Assembly (NCBI GenBank): GCA_964016885.1
Contig: OZ024743.1
Span: 4,960,001 to 5,024,000, forward strand
Source: Eledone cirrhosa
Lineage: Eukaryota
Direction of reading: 5' to 3'
Length of the DNA stretch: 64,000 bases
The notes under the pieces are model-generated. The model was not told the DNA's origin. It worked only from the letters and a program-made list of their open reading frames with translations, and made no database searches. Position 1 is the stretch's first letter. Each line of letters begins with the position of its first letter. The translations under genes were made by a program, and so were the position numbers. This document shows, one piece after another, positions 17,401-32,650 of this stretch.

Positions 17401-20400
17401 CCATCACGACTACCATCAACACTACCATCACCACTACCATCACCACTACCATCAACACTACCATCACCACTACCATCATCACTACCATCACCACTACCAT
17501 CACCACCACCATCAACACTACCATCACCACCACCATCAACACTACCATGACCACCACCATCACTACTACCATCACCACCACCATCAACACTACCATCACC
17601 ACCACCATCAAAAACTACCATGACCACCACCATCAACACTACCATCACCACTACCATCAACACTACCATCACCACTACCATCATCACTACCATCACCACT
17701 ACCATCATCACCACCATCAACACTACCATCACCACTACCATCACCACTACCATCACCACCACCATCACCACTACCATCAACACTACCATCACCACTACCA
17801 TCACCACCACCATCACCACTACCATCACCACCACCATCACCACTACCATCACCACCACCATCACCACTACCATCACCACTACCATCAACACTACCATCAA
17901 CACTACCATCGCCACCACCATCAACACTACCATCACCACTACCATCACCACTACCATCACCACCACCATCAACACTACCATCACCACTACCATCACCACC
18001 ACCATCACCACTACCATCACCACTACCATCACCACTACCATCAACACTACCATCACCACTACCATCAACACTACCATCACCACTACCATCACCACCACCA
18101 TCAACACTACCATCACCACCACCATCATCACTACCATCACCACTACCATCACCGCCACCATCAACACTACCATCACCACCACCATCAACACTACCATCAC
18201 CACTACCATCACCACTATCATCAACACTACCATCACCACTACCATCACCACCACCATCAACACTACCATCACCAGCACCATCATCACTACCATCACCACT
18301 ACCATCACCACTACCATCAACACTACCATCACCACTACCATCAACACTACCATCAACACTACCATCAACACTACCATCACCACTACCATCACCACCACCA
18401 TCAACACTACCATCACCACCACCATCAACACTACCATCACCACCACCATCAACACTACCATCACCACTACCATCAACACTACCATCAACACTACCATCAA
18501 CACTACCATCAACACTACCATCACCACTACCATCATTACTACCATCACCACTACCATCACCACCACCATCAACACTACCATCACCACCACCATCAACACT
18601 ACCATCACCACCACCATCAACACTACCATGACCACCACCATCAACACTACCATCACCACTACCATCACCACCACCATCACCACTACCATCACCACCACCA
18701 TCACCACTACCATCACCACCACCATCACCACTACCATCACCACTACCATCAACACTACCATCAACACTACCATCGCCACCACCATCAACACTACCATCAC
18801 CACTACCATCACCACTACCATCACCACCACCATCAACACTACCATCACCACTACCATCACCACCACCATCAACACTACCATCACCAGCACCATCATCACT
18901 ACCATCACCACTACCATCACCACTACCATCAACACTACCATCACCACTACCATCAACACTACCATCAACACTACCATCAACACTACCATCACCACTACCA
19001 TCACCACCACCATCAACACTACCATCACCACCACCATCAACACTACCATCACCACCACCATCAACACTACCATCACCACTACCATCAACACTACCATCAA
19101 CACTACCATCAACACTACCATCACCACACTACCATCACCACTACCATCAACACTACCATCACCACTACCATCATCACTACCATCACCTCTACCATCACCA
19201 CCACCATCAACACTACCATCACCACCACCATCAACACTACCATGACCACCACCATCAACTCTACCATCACCACTACCATCAACACTACCATCACCACTAC
19301 CATCATCACTACCATCACCACTACCATCACCACCACCATCAACACTACCATCACCACCACCATCAACACTACCATGACCACCACCATCAACACTACCATC
19401 ACCACTACCATCAACACTACCATCACCACTACCATCATCACTACCATCACCACTACCATCACCACCACCATCAACACTACCATCACCACTACCATCACCA
19501 CTACCATCACCACCACCATCACCACTACCATCAACACTACCATCACCACTACCATCACCACCACCATCACCACTACCATCACCACCACCATCACCACTAC
19601 CATCACCACCACCATCACCACTACCATCACCACTACCATCAACACTACCATCAACACTACCATCGCCACCACCATCAACACTACCATCACCACTACCATC
19701 ACCACTACCATCACCACCACCATCAACACTACCATCACCACTACCATCACCACCACCATCACCACTACCATCACCACTACCATCACCACTACCATCAACA
19801 CTACCATCACCACTACCATCAACACTACCATCACCACTACCATCAACACTACCATCACCACCACCATCAACACTACCATCACCACTACCATCACCACCAC
19901 CATCACCACTACCATCACCACTACCATCACCACTACCATCAACACTAACATCACCACCACCATCAACACTACCATCACCACTACCATCAACACTACCATC
20001 ACCACTACCATCAACACTACCATCACCACTACCATCACCACCACCATCACCACTACCATCACCACCACCATCAACACTACCATCACCACTACCATCACCA
20101 GCACCATCAACACTACCATCACCACTACCATCACCACTACCATCAACACTACCATCACCACTACCATCAACACTACCATCAACACTACCATCACCACTAC
20201 CATCACCACCACCATCACCACTACCATCACCACTACCATCAACACTACCATCACCACTACCATCAACACTACCATCAACACTACCATCACCACTACCATC
20301 ACCACCACCATCACCACTACCATCACCACTACCATCAACACTACCATCACCACTACCATCAACACTACCATCAACACTACCATCACCACTACCATCACCA

Positions 20401-23400
20401 CTACCATCACCACTACCATCAACACTACCATCAACACTACCATCAACACTACCATCAACACTACCATCAACACTACCATCACCACTACCATCATCACTAC
20501 CATCAACACTACCATCACCACTACCATCACCACCACCATCACCACCACCATCAACACTACCATCACCACCACCATCAACACTACCATCACCACTACCATC
20601 ACCACTACCATCACCACCACCATCAACACTACCATCAACACTACCATCAACACTACCATCAACACTACCATCACCACCACCATCAACACTACCATCACCA
20701 CCACCATCACCACTACCATCACCACTACCATCAACACTACCTTCAACACTACCATCAACACTACCATCACCACTACCATCACCACTACCATCACCACTAC
20801 CATCAACACTACCATCACCACCACCATCAACACTAACCATCACCACTACCATCACCACTACCATCACCACTACCATCACCACTACCATCACCACTACCAT
20901 CACCACTACCATCACCACCACCATCAACACTACCATCACCACTACCATCACCACTACCATCACCACTACCATCACCACTACCATCACCACTACCATCACC
21001 ACCACCATCAACACTACCATCACCACCACCATCAACACTACCATCACCACTACCATCACCACTACCATCACCACCAGCATCAACACTACCATCAACACTA
21101 CCATCAACACTACCATCAACACTACCATCACCACCACCATCAACACTACCATCACCACCACCATCATCACTACCATCACCACTACCATCAACACTACCAT
21201 CAACACTACCATCACCACTACCATCACCACCACCATCACCACTACCATCACCACCACCATCAACACTACCATCACCACTACCATCACCACCATCACCACT
21301 ACCATCACCACCACCATCAACACTACCATCACCACTACCATCACCACCACCATCAACACTACCATCACCACTACCATCAACACTACCATCACCACTACCA
21401 TCAACACTACCATCACCACTACCATCAACACTACCATCACCACTACCATCAACACTACCATCACCACTACCATCAACACTACCATCACCACCACCATCAT
21501 CACTACCATCACCACTACCATCAACACTACCATCAACACTACCATCACCACTACCCTCACCACCACCATCACCACTACCATCACCACCACCATCAACACT
21601 ACCATCACCACTACCATCACCACCACCATCACCACTACCATCACCACCACCATCAACACTACCATCACCACTACCATCACCACCACCATCAACACGACCA
21701 TCACCACTACCATCACCACGACCATCAACACTACCATCACCACTACCATCAACACTACCATCACCACTACCATCAACACTACCATCACCACTACCATCAC
21801 CGCCACCATCAACACTACCATCACCACTACCATCACCAGTACCAATCACCACTACCATCAACACTACCATCACCACTACCATCAACACTACCATCACCAC
21901 CACCATCACCACCACCATCAACACTACCATCACCACTACCATCACCACTACCATCACCACCACCATCACCACTACCATCAACACTACCATCACCACTACC
22001 ATCACCACCACCATCACCACTACCATCACCACCACCATCACCACTACCATCACCACCACCATCACCACTACCATCACCACTACCATCAACACTACCATCA
22101 ACACTACCATCGCCACCACCATCAACACTACCATCACCACTACCATCAACACTACCATCACCACCACCATCAACACTACCATCACCACTACCATCACCAC
22201 CACCATCACCACTACCATCACCACTACCATCACCACTACCATCAACACTACCATCACCACTACCATCAACACTACCATCACCACTACCATCAACACTACC
22301 ATCACCACCACCATCAACACTACCATCACCACTACCATCACCACCACCATCACCACTACCATCACCACTACCATCACCACTACCATCAACACTAACATCA
22401 CCACCACCATCAACACTACCATCACCACTACCATCAACACTACCATCACCACTACCATCAACACTACCATCTCCACTACCATCACCACCACCATCACCAC
22501 TACCATCACCACCACCATCAACACTACCATCACCACTACCATCACCAGCACCATCAACAATACCATCACCACTACCATCACCACTACCATCAACACTACC
22601 ATCAACACTACCATCACCACTACCATCAACACTACCATCAACACTACCATCACCACTACCATCACCACCACCATCACCACTACCATCACCACTACCATCA
22701 ACACTACCATCACCACTACCATCAACACTACCATCAACACTACCATCACCACTACCATCACCACCACCATCACCACTACCATCACCACTACCATCAACAC
22801 TACCATCACCACTACCATCAACACTACCATCAACACTACCATCACCACTACCATCACCACTACCATCACCACTACCATCAACACTACCATCAACACTATC
22901 AACACTACCATCAACACTACCATCAACACTACCATCACCACTACCATCATCACTACCATCAACACTACCATCACCACTACCATCACCACCACCATCACCA
23001 CCACCATCAACACTACCATCACCACCACCATCAACACTACCATCACCACTACCATCACCACTACCATGCACCACCACCATCAACACTACCATCAACACTA
23101 CCATCAACACTACCATCAACACTACCATCACCACCACCATCAACACTACCATCACCACCACCATCACCACTACCATCACCACTACCATCAACACTACCTT
23201 CAACACTACCATCAACACTACCATCACCACTACCATCACCACTACCTATACCAATCCCCACCACTACCATCAACACTACCATCACCACCACCATCAACAC
23301 TACCATCACCACTACCATCACCACTACCATCACCACTACCATCACCACTACCATCACCACTACCATCACCACTACCATCACCACCACCATCAACACTACC

Positions 23401-25980
23401 ATCACCACTACCATCACCACTACCATCACCACTACCATCACCACTACCATCACCACTACCATCACCACCACCATCAACACTACCATCACCACCACCATCA
23501 ACACTACCATCACCATTACCATCACCACTACCATCACCACCACCATCAACACTACCATCAACACTACCATCAACACTACCATCAACACTACCATCACCAC
23601 CACCATCAACACTACCATCACCACCACCATCATCACTACCATCACCACTACCATCAACACTACCATCAACACTACCATCACCACTACCATCACCACCACC
23701 ATCACCACTACCATCACCACCACCATCAACACTACCATCACCACTACCATCACCACCATCACCACTACCATCACCACCACCATCAACACTACCATCACCA
23801 CTAACATCACCACCACCATCAACACTACCATCACCACTACCATCACACTAAACTACCATCACCACTACCATCAACACTACCATCACCACTACCATCAACA
23901 CTACCATCACCACTACCATCAACACTACCATCACCACTACCATCAACACTACCATCACCACCACCATCATCACTACCATCACCACTACCATCAACACTAC
24001 CATCAACACTACCATCACCACTACCCTCACCACCACCATCACCACTACCATCACCACCACCATCAACACTACCATCACCACTACCATCACCACCACCATC
24101 ACCACTACCATCACCACCACCATCAACACTACCATCACCACTACCATCACCACCACCATCAACACTACCATCACCACTACCATCAACACTACCATCACCA
24201 CTACCATCAACACTACCATCACCACTACCATCACCGCCACCATCAACACTACCATCACCACTACCATCACCAGTACCATCACCACTACCATCAACACTAC
24301 CATCACCACTACCATCAACACTACCATCACCACCACCATCACCACCACCATCAACACTACCATCACCACTACCATCACTACTACCATCAACACTACCATC
24401 ACCACTACCATCAACACTACCATCACCACTACCATCACCACTACCATCACCACTACCATCACCACTACCATCACCACCACCATCAACACTACCATCACCA
24501 CTACCATCACCACTACCATCAACACTACCATCAACACTACCATCAACACTACCATCACCACTACCATCACCACTACCATCAACACTACCATCACCACTAC
24601 CATCAACACTACCATCAACACTACCATCAACACTACCATCACCACTACCATCACCACCACCATCAACACTACCATCACCACCACCATCAACACTACCATC
24701 ACCACCACCATCAACACTACCATCACCACTACCATCAACACTACCATCAACACTACCATCAACACTACCATCAACACTACCATCACCACTACCATCATTA
24801 CTACCATCACCACTACCATCACCACCACCATCAACACTACCATCACCACCACCATCAACACTACCATCACCACCACCATCAACACTACCATGACCACCCA
24901 CCATCAACACTACCATCACCACTACCATCAACACTACCATCACCACTACCATCATCACTACCATCACCTCTACCATCACCACCACCATCAACACTACCAT
25001 CACCACCACCATCAACACTACCATGACCACCACCATCAACTCTACCATCACCACTACCATCAACACTACCATCACCACTACCATCATCACTACCATCACC
25101 ACTACCATCACCACCACCATCAACACTACCATCACCACCACCATCAACACTACCATGACCACCACCATCAACACTACCATCACCACTACCATCAACACTA
25201 CCATCACCACTACCATCATCACTACCATCACCACTACCATCACCACCACCATCAACACTACCATCACCACTACCATCACCACTACCATCACCACCACCAT
25301 CACCACTACCATCAACACTACCATCACCACTACCATCACCACCACCATCACCACTACCATCACCACCACCATCACCACTACCATCACCACCACCATCACC
25401 ACTACCATCACCACTACCATCAACACTACCATCAACACTACCATCGCCACCACCATCAACACTACCATCACCACTACCATCACCACTACCATCACCACCA
25501 CCATCAACACTACCATCACCACTACCATCACCACCACCATCACCACTACCATCACCACTACCATCACCACTACCATCAACACTACCATCACCACTACCAT
25601 CAACACTACCATCACCACTACCCCACCACCATCAACACTACCATCACCACTACCATCACCACCACCATCACCACTACCATCACCACTACCATCACCACTA
25701 CCATCAACACTAACATCACCACCACCATCAACACTACCATCACCACTACCNNNNNNNNNNNNNNNNNNNNNNNNNNNNNNNNNNNNNNNNNNNNNNNNNN
25801 NNNNNNNNNNNNNNNNNNNNNNNNNNNNNNNNNNNNNNNNNNNNNNNNNNNNNNNNNNNNNNNNNNNNNNNNNNNNNNNNNNNNNNNNNNNNNNNNNNNN
25901 NNNNNNNNNNNNNNNNNNNNNNNNNNNNNNNNNNNNNNNNNNNNNNNNNNACTACCATCAACACTACCATCATCACTACC
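1..25980. repeat. 12-bp tandem satellite (ACCATCACCACT)n with variants ACCATCAACACT and ACCATCACCACC, roughly 2,100 units
   Basis: Visible 12-bp period throughout, with occasional 9-bp units. Interrupted by poly-C at ~2400-2487 and the N gap; a few units continue after the gap. Confidence 0.98.
25751..25950. other. assembly gap (200 N)
   Basis: Run of 200 n. Confidence 1.
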
Positions 25981-26078
25981 AGCCACAGTAACAACAACCA
26001 GCTTTATTAGTCTCATTGTTAGTATTAGTGTTAATATTATTTTATGTTAAAGGTAGTGTTGTCATTATCCTCCTTCTT

Positions 26079-26145
<67 letters not shown>

Positions 26146-26170
26146 CAGCAGCAGCAGCAATAGCAGCAGC

Positions 26171-26205
<35 letters not shown>
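26079..26205. repeat. (GTA)n/(GCA)n microsatellite
   Basis: Directly visible trinucleotide run. Confidence 0.95.
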
Positions 26206-26206
<1 letters not shown>

Positions 26207-27079
26207 TGTTGTCATAATGTAGTGAAAGGGCCACGGCCGTATTTCGTTAGCGTCTCTCCGACCGTCAACACACGTGCCATGCAGACGCACACCCATCTGC
26301 TTCGATCCAACAGAACTTTTCTCAGTGTTAAGCAAAGAATTCTTCATTGCATCGCCTTATTAGCTAGGACACCACTATCATCATCACCACCATTACCACC
26401 ACCACCACCACCACCACCACTACAACTAACGTATCCCATAACCACCCCCATAACAATGATAATAATACTATCACTTCATGACATCACCAATGCATCAATG
26501 TCCTCCATCGTTAAACGAAAGAATAATAAATACATGACAAGAAGTGGATAATATAGAGACTGAAGGAAAGAAATGATTTCAGCTGGACTGAATTAAATTC
26601 ATTGGGGAGCGATGAGTTTTCATATCGAACAATCAAGAAGTTGTGTAAATAACTACAGTATGAACACAACAACATCAATAATCTCAATAGCAGCAGTAAA
26701 ACGGTTGCCTTGTCCTAGTTTCTTTGATATGAGGGAAGGACATTTACCATGCTAAATCGTCTGCGCTGAAACCAATTTTTTTTTAAGTGGGTATCATGTA
26801 CAAGTAGTGTTCACTTTATTAATCTGATGACTTTATTACTTAATTAAACAATTATTATTAATTCTCATTAATTAATTACTCGGCTATTTAATTAGATAGG
26901 ACTAGGATCCCAGTCATATAATAAACAGACACCGTGGAGCTATTCTTATGTAGAGTGGTTAATAAAATTTAGTTTTAGAATGCAGTAATGATGTTCAAAC
27001 CATTTGCTCACATCCATGATTTTAAATTTACGTGTTTAAATGCAAACATCAAAATATAAATAGCAACATTTAGTACATT

Positions 27080-27290
27080 GGTTTCTAAATTAGGTAGAAG
27101 GCCAGCACATTTGAGTGAAGTGGAAAACTCGATTAAATCAACCCTCTTATTGGTCAGTGCCTTATTTTATCGACCACGAAAGGATAAAAGGCAAAGTTAA
27201 CTCATGTGGGATTTATACTCAGAAAGTAAGGAGTTAGAAGAAACGCCGCAAAACATCCAGTTCGATATAACGATATAACCAATCTACCCC
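27080..27290 (-). mobile_element. degenerate tRNA-derived SINE copy
   Basis: Diverged match to the other copies (ttttatcgaccacgaaaggataaaaggcaaagttaactc). Confidence 0.7.
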
Positions 27291-27537
27291 TCTGTAACAT
27301 TTTCTACGTTAAATGATCATATTCCAAGTTGATTCCATCGTAAATAAAAACATTAAAAAATACATTTCTCAGCAATCGTAAGCTGTGATTTCTAGACTGG
27401 GATATTTAGAGGGTGTTGATTAAGATTTGTAAGGTATGTATGATAAAATATCAATTATGCGATAACATTCTAGGAATGAAAACAATCGTAATTTTTTAAA
27501 ATGTATTATTCAAATCAATTAACTATCAAACCAATAA

Positions 27538-28270
27538 TCAGAATCTCCCGAAAATCCTTTACTTATTCTCGCTTCAGGGAGCAAATTCTGCAGCCATTGC
27601 AATCCGATTTATTTTGCCGTTACATACTTTGTGATATGAATGTATAGACAGAGAATTTGATCTCTAGTGTCATCCTTCACCGAAGACAAGCTACAGAAAA
27701 TGTTCTTTAAGCCGTGCCAGATATTGCAGGAATTACCAGTAAAACTTGTCAATTTTTTAGAATTTCTGTTAAATGCTTCCCATCAACTTCCTTTTCTTTT
27801 TCAGATAGTCTACAATGTCAGCAGAACAAAAACAGAGGAATTTCTCGCAGAAACTTTAAATTTCATGGGCCTATCTTTCCTTAATAAAATTGATTTCAGC
27901 CTTGAATGTACTTTATAACTCACCTAATAAAAGTTTTTATCGATAGAAAAGGTTATTGTATCTACGGCCTCAAAATACACATATCTGTAATGGTCTCAAG
28001 CTACTGACAAATCATAAAACAGAGTTCCGATCTTCAACTAATTTTGTTGAAGATCGGAACCATCATTCTCTCAATCGTACGAGGTTGTACAAGTTTGATT
28101 ATTCCTCATTTCCTTGCATGTGTATATCTTGTCTTTAAAAGAAATGCAAACGCTCAATAATTTTTATTGAGCTGCTATTAAATGTTTTCTTGCAGTTTCT
28201 CACATTATTAAATCTAGGGATCAGCACTTCTAGTTCCATAGCAACGTGGAAACAGGCGTCAATGATTCTT
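27538..28270 (-). pseudogene. decayed, internally deleted hAT-family (ZMYM1/PRKRIR-type) transposase
   Basis: Manual minus-strand translation gives IKIIERLHFF*RQDIHMQGNEE*SNLYNLVRLR (~28070-28170), resembling the FLARQGLALRGHDE..SNF..LL.LR motif. It also gives LLVIPAISGTA*RTFS (27695-27742), resembling the dimerisation motif LLVIPATSATAERSFS, and ends in RIFGRF*. Several stops are present. Confidence 0.7.
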
Positions 28271-28964
28271 GATATGACTTTGACAGCCACCTTTGTGTTA
28301 TGTTACTCTATATACTGGGGCAAAGCTTACGAATAAGTATTTTGTGCAGTATCTCTGCCTGCCTTCACGCTTCATCCTCAGTTTTGAAAATCAAACAGAC
28401 GGTGCTGTACCTTACTTTGTAAAACAAAATTAGTCCAGGTTTTGCCCTGCCTACATATGAATATATTCTTCAGAAAAGGAGATTCACACATTTTCGATTG
28501 TAAATTTTTCATATTTAATTGTTTAACGCTGAAAGCTACTACGCGAAACTGACTCCATTACTAGACTTCTCACTTGGCGACATTTCTGTCTGAGTAAGTC
28601 TTAATCTTATTGAGAAATGCTCAATAATGTTGTTGCCTCCTCACAACATAAAACCTTCTATATCTGAAGAATGTATGTTAGATTGCAAAGGACGCTTTTT
28701 GTATTTTTATGATTAGTGGTCATTGAAATATTCGACAATTTGTCTTTGTAGTGGATTTATTAAATGGACACTAATGTAAATGTAGTCGGACTAAAAACAA
28801 CATTCAAAAATTCTATAAAATTTATTTTTTTGAAAACAGAAGTTATTGTTTCCTTTAAAACATTTCATAGAATACATACGTGCACAAATGTATTCCAGCT
28901 TCTGTAAAATACGTGATAGAACTTGTTTGTCATATTAGAGATATTCCAGTTGTCATCTAATAAT

Positions 28965-29173
28965 GGTTTCTTATATAGACACAAGGCCAGCAATTTGGGG
29001 GAAGGGGAGAGTTGATTAAATCGACCCCAGTGCGTTACTGGTACTTTATTTTATCGACCCCGTAAGGATGAAAGGCAAAGTTAACCGCGGCGGGATTTGA
29101 ACTCAGAACGCAAAGGGACGTATCTCTATGCAAAGCATGGTGTCTGACGCTCTACCGATACTGCCAAACCACC
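28965..29173 (-). mobile_element. tRNA-derived SINE (octopus OK-like) with 13-bp target-site duplication
   Basis: Core ctggtactttattttatcgaccccgtaaggatgaaaggcaaagtt; B-box GAGTTCAAAT on the minus strand. GTCATCTAATAAT flanks it at 28952-28964 and 29174-29186. Confidence 0.9.
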
Positions 29174-29198
29174 GTCATCTAATAATAATAACCATAAT

Positions 29199-29400
29199 TG
29201 TTTCTACTTTAGGCACAAGGCCAGCAATTTTGGTGGAAAGGAATTCGATTAAATCGACCCCAGTGCATTACTGGTGCTTTATTTATTGACCCCGTAAGGA
29301 TGAAACGCAAAGCTAACCTCAACGGGATTTGAACTCAGAACGTAAAGGTCCATAACTAAATACTGCAAAGCATTTTGTCCGCCGCTCTACCGATTCTGCT
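29199..29400 (-). mobile_element. tRNA-derived SINE, adjacent copy
   Basis: Same core and B-box as 28965-29173. Confidence 0.88.
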
Positions 29401-30129
29401 ATAATAATAATTAGATTATCTTGAAAATAAGTTTCGTTTTGTTGTTTTTTAATATGTTCATGTATTTTAACGATTATCGATCCGAAATTTTGTCAGACGT
29501 ACGATTGTTTTGAAGCGATAAACCTATTTCAAAGAATATATGTTGTTTAGAGGAGACATTTACGGATGGCTTGTGCTAAATCTCGATCTCGTATTCTCAT
29601 GGAAACATTAATTAAGAAAAGAACTTTACTGTTAGTGTATGCATTTATTTATACATTCATATAAACACATATATACGTGTGTAAGTGAGTGTGTATATAT
29701 ATGTATATACATTTACATATATATGTGCGTATGTGTATGTGTGTTCCGGTCTGTTAATAAAAATCATTGCATTTGTGACTAAAACTGTGAACCACATCTT
29801 TAATATTTCGCAGAATAATAGATGAAAGAACAGATCTTGAGGCTCTTTGTTTTCTGTTAAAAACAGAATTGTGTACAAAAATAAAATCAGATAACCATCT
29901 CTTCTACAAGGCGGATATCTCATCTCTTTTAATTTACTGTATTCATACTTTCTGTGTTCTTTTGTTAACTAACTGGGTTTATTCTCTGGTTATTGACATT
30001 TACAGATTGTGGAATAAGACATACAGGGGAAAGCTAAATATATTCTTTTCTTCTTTTGCTCGTTTCAGACATTTGACTGTGGATCTGTTATGGCACTGTT
30101 TCCGAGAATTTTAGCAAAGATGTACTTTT

Positions 30130-30530
30130 CCTTCTCGGGCGTTACGTTCCTAGAGCACCCGGGAAGAGTGAAAAACCGCGAATATTGGACGTGATCCATA
30201 AAAATGCCTATAAAAGTCAAAATACGGTATATTGTTAATAATTTAGCATTAAAAAATATATATTGTTTCTACTTTTGGCACAAGGCCAGCAATTATCCCA
30301 GTGCATTACTGGTACTTTATTTTATCGACCCCGTAAAGATGAAAGGCAAAGTTAACCTCAGCAGGATTTGGACTCGGACCGTAAAGGAACGTAACTCTAT
30401 ACTGCAAAGCAGGGCGTTCGACTCTCTACCGATACTGCCAATCTACCGTTGACACGAAAAAAGCCATTAAAAAATCGTGGAAGATATCTCCGAATCCGCG
30501 AATATACGGTGGTTTCCACGAACAATTACA
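30130..30530. mobile_element. Tigger/pogo-like MITE interrupted by a SINE
   Basis: 30130-30262 and 30449-30530 are the reverse complement of the contiguous element at ~50505-50750. Confidence 0.75.
30264..30448 (-). mobile_element. tRNA-derived SINE nested in the MITE
   Basis: Same SINE core; absent from the homologous MITE at 50.5 kb. Confidence 0.9.
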
Positions 30531-31295
30531 GCAAAGAATTACCGTTGTTGAATTTGTTTTGCAAGTTTTTTTATATGAAATCGTGTGTTGAAACAAATAT
30601 TGTTATATTTGGGGAGGGACATGTTATAATATTGCCAGAAATATATAATAAAACACACTCACTGTTTGATATGGGTTGTAATTTCCTCGTATATATATAT
30701 TTACATAGTCTTATATATACAAACATATTGAATATATTATTTACATTCTAATTGTTATATACACCTGTATTTACATTTGAATTAATATCGTTGTTATTAT
30801 ATATATTTGTGTGTATATTTATATATATAAACACACAAACACCGATAAACGCACATAGATACACACGCATACACACATACAGACATACACTCACACAAAT
30901 ACACACATATACATTCACACAAACACACACATACATTCACATAAACATACATTCAAGCAGAGCGTGGAAACGGTTTGGAAGTCTGTTGGCTGTTTTTGAC
31001 GTAGTTTTTTCACCATCCCTCTTCTTCCCTTTTACACACACATACATTCACATACATTCACACACATACACACACACACACTCACACAGAACTTAGTGCA
31101 AAATTTGAAACGCTGTTTGATTTTTGATTTTTTTTGCCGTAGACGTTTCACCATCCCACTTCCATATGGACTGACACACGGACTAACCGACAAAATTCGA
31201 CTGTTATTTTTTTTTATATATATATAGAGGGGAGCAAGAATGAGGGGCTCATTCTACTGACATGGCTTAAAAAAGGCTGTTTGCATAATTGCAAA

Positions 31296-31472
31296 GTGAA
31301 TTGGCAGTAGAGGGTCGGACGCCATGCTTTCCAGCATAGTTACGTCCCTTTACGGTCTGAGTTCAAATCCCGTCGAGGTTAACTTTGCCTTTCATCCTTA
31401 CGGGGTCGATAAAATAAAGTACCAGTAATGCACTGGGTATTTGCTGGTCTTGTGCCAAAAGTAGAAACAATT
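31296..31472 (+). mobile_element. tRNA-derived SINE
   Basis: A-box-like TGGCAGTAGAGG, B-box GAGTTCAAATCC, core GCCTTTCATCCTTACGGGGTCGATAAAATAAAGTACCAG, AT-rich tail. Confidence 0.9.
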
Positions 31473-31534
31473 ATTAATAATCGAAAAACTCAGATTACAA
31501 TCATATATATATATGTGTGTGTGTGTATATATAT

Positions 31535-31726
31535 AACGAAGGAATTGTGGTAAGGAACCAGATGGACCATAACGCACCAGAGTACTCAATACTTAGGGTA
31601 GTAGAGTAGGTAATAGGAAAAAATATGACCACGACGGCAGAGCTCAAGCTGTTTCGACGGCTTTTCTATAGTCTAGAAATAGCCGTCGAAACGGCTTGAG
31701 CTCTGCCGTCGAGGTCATACTTTTTC

Positions 31727-31730
<4 letters not shown>
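31535..31730. mobile_element. fold-back Penelope-type remnant with the 3' half of a hammerhead; same family as 45725-45880
   Basis: Inverted repeat ~31618-31665 / 31670-31728 containing GAAA-CGGC..GCCG-TC; flanked by (TA)n; near-identical sequence at 45725-45880. Confidence 0.65.
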
Positions 31731-31783
<53 letters not shown>

Positions 31784-31825
31784 AAATAGACAAAGAAGCC
31801 TTCAATACATCAAAAATCTTTATTA

Positions 31826-31866
31826 GCCTACAATGTTTCGTCCCATTAATAAGGACTCATTAGGGC
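31826..31866 (-). ncRNA. minimal type I hammerhead ribozyme with core mutation (CUAAUGA)
   Basis: Minus strand reads GCC-CTAATGA-GTCCT tattaat GGGAC-GAAA-CATTG-TA-GGC. All three stems pair, but the G5-to-A change probably inactivates it. Confidence 0.75.
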
Positions 31867-32258
31867 AATTAAACAGATAAGAAGCATTAACGGCCAGAAC
31901 AAGCCAAAACTCAGAAGAATAGGGAATTCATATCTATGAAAGCTTATGAGAGATATGAAGGAAAAGCATGCTAAAGCTAAAAGTTTGCAGTTACAAAAAT
32001 AGATTATAAGGCAAGGAAGTAAGTAAAATGTCAAACCCACGTTGAAATTACAGTGTGATACAAATACATTAAATACAACATGGTAATATAATATGAGAAT
32101 TACAATACAATATAATGGGTAATAAAGCTTTATATATGTATATATATATATATATATACATATATATATACATTTACACAAACACATACTAACACTTAAT
32201 AAGTATAAATATACTCTTTATAATATAAAATAAAAATAAAAACTCCCTGCGCATAATG

Positions 32259-32302
<44 letters not shown>

Positions 32303-32405
32303 TTGAATATTTACTCGTCCAATATTATTGAATATTTACTCCAGGAACTGTTGAGTGCTCTAAATCAGTTTATATTTGTCGGACTTCCAACAAATTAAAT
32401 ACCCC

Positions 32406-32410
32406 TTCTA

Positions 32411-32443
<33 letters not shown>

Positions 32444-32650
32444 CATACTTGCTCTCCAAATGTTACCATCCAACCTCTTCTTTAACGATACTTCAGTTGT
32501 GGTTATGCATTCCATCCTCTAACAGCACTCTAACTTTACTTATCCACCTGCTTTTTTAATGTTGCTTATTTAGTCATGACCATGATTCTCATTCTACATA
32601 CTGGTGTAGATTAGTACATTATTTTCCAGGTAACGCCGGGGTCCTTCTAG
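32406..32650 (+). mobile_element. possible non-autonomous Helitron
   Basis: 5' TCTACTTATATA and 3' ccaggtaacgccggggtccttCTAG|T (GC-rich subterminal sequence plus CTAG). Confidence 0.35.

Noticed and set aside
28-26050. Giant ORFs (MVVV, HHHY, GDGS, PSPL repeats)
   Set aside because: They are alternative frames of a stop-free 12-bp repeat, switching at 1-bp indels.
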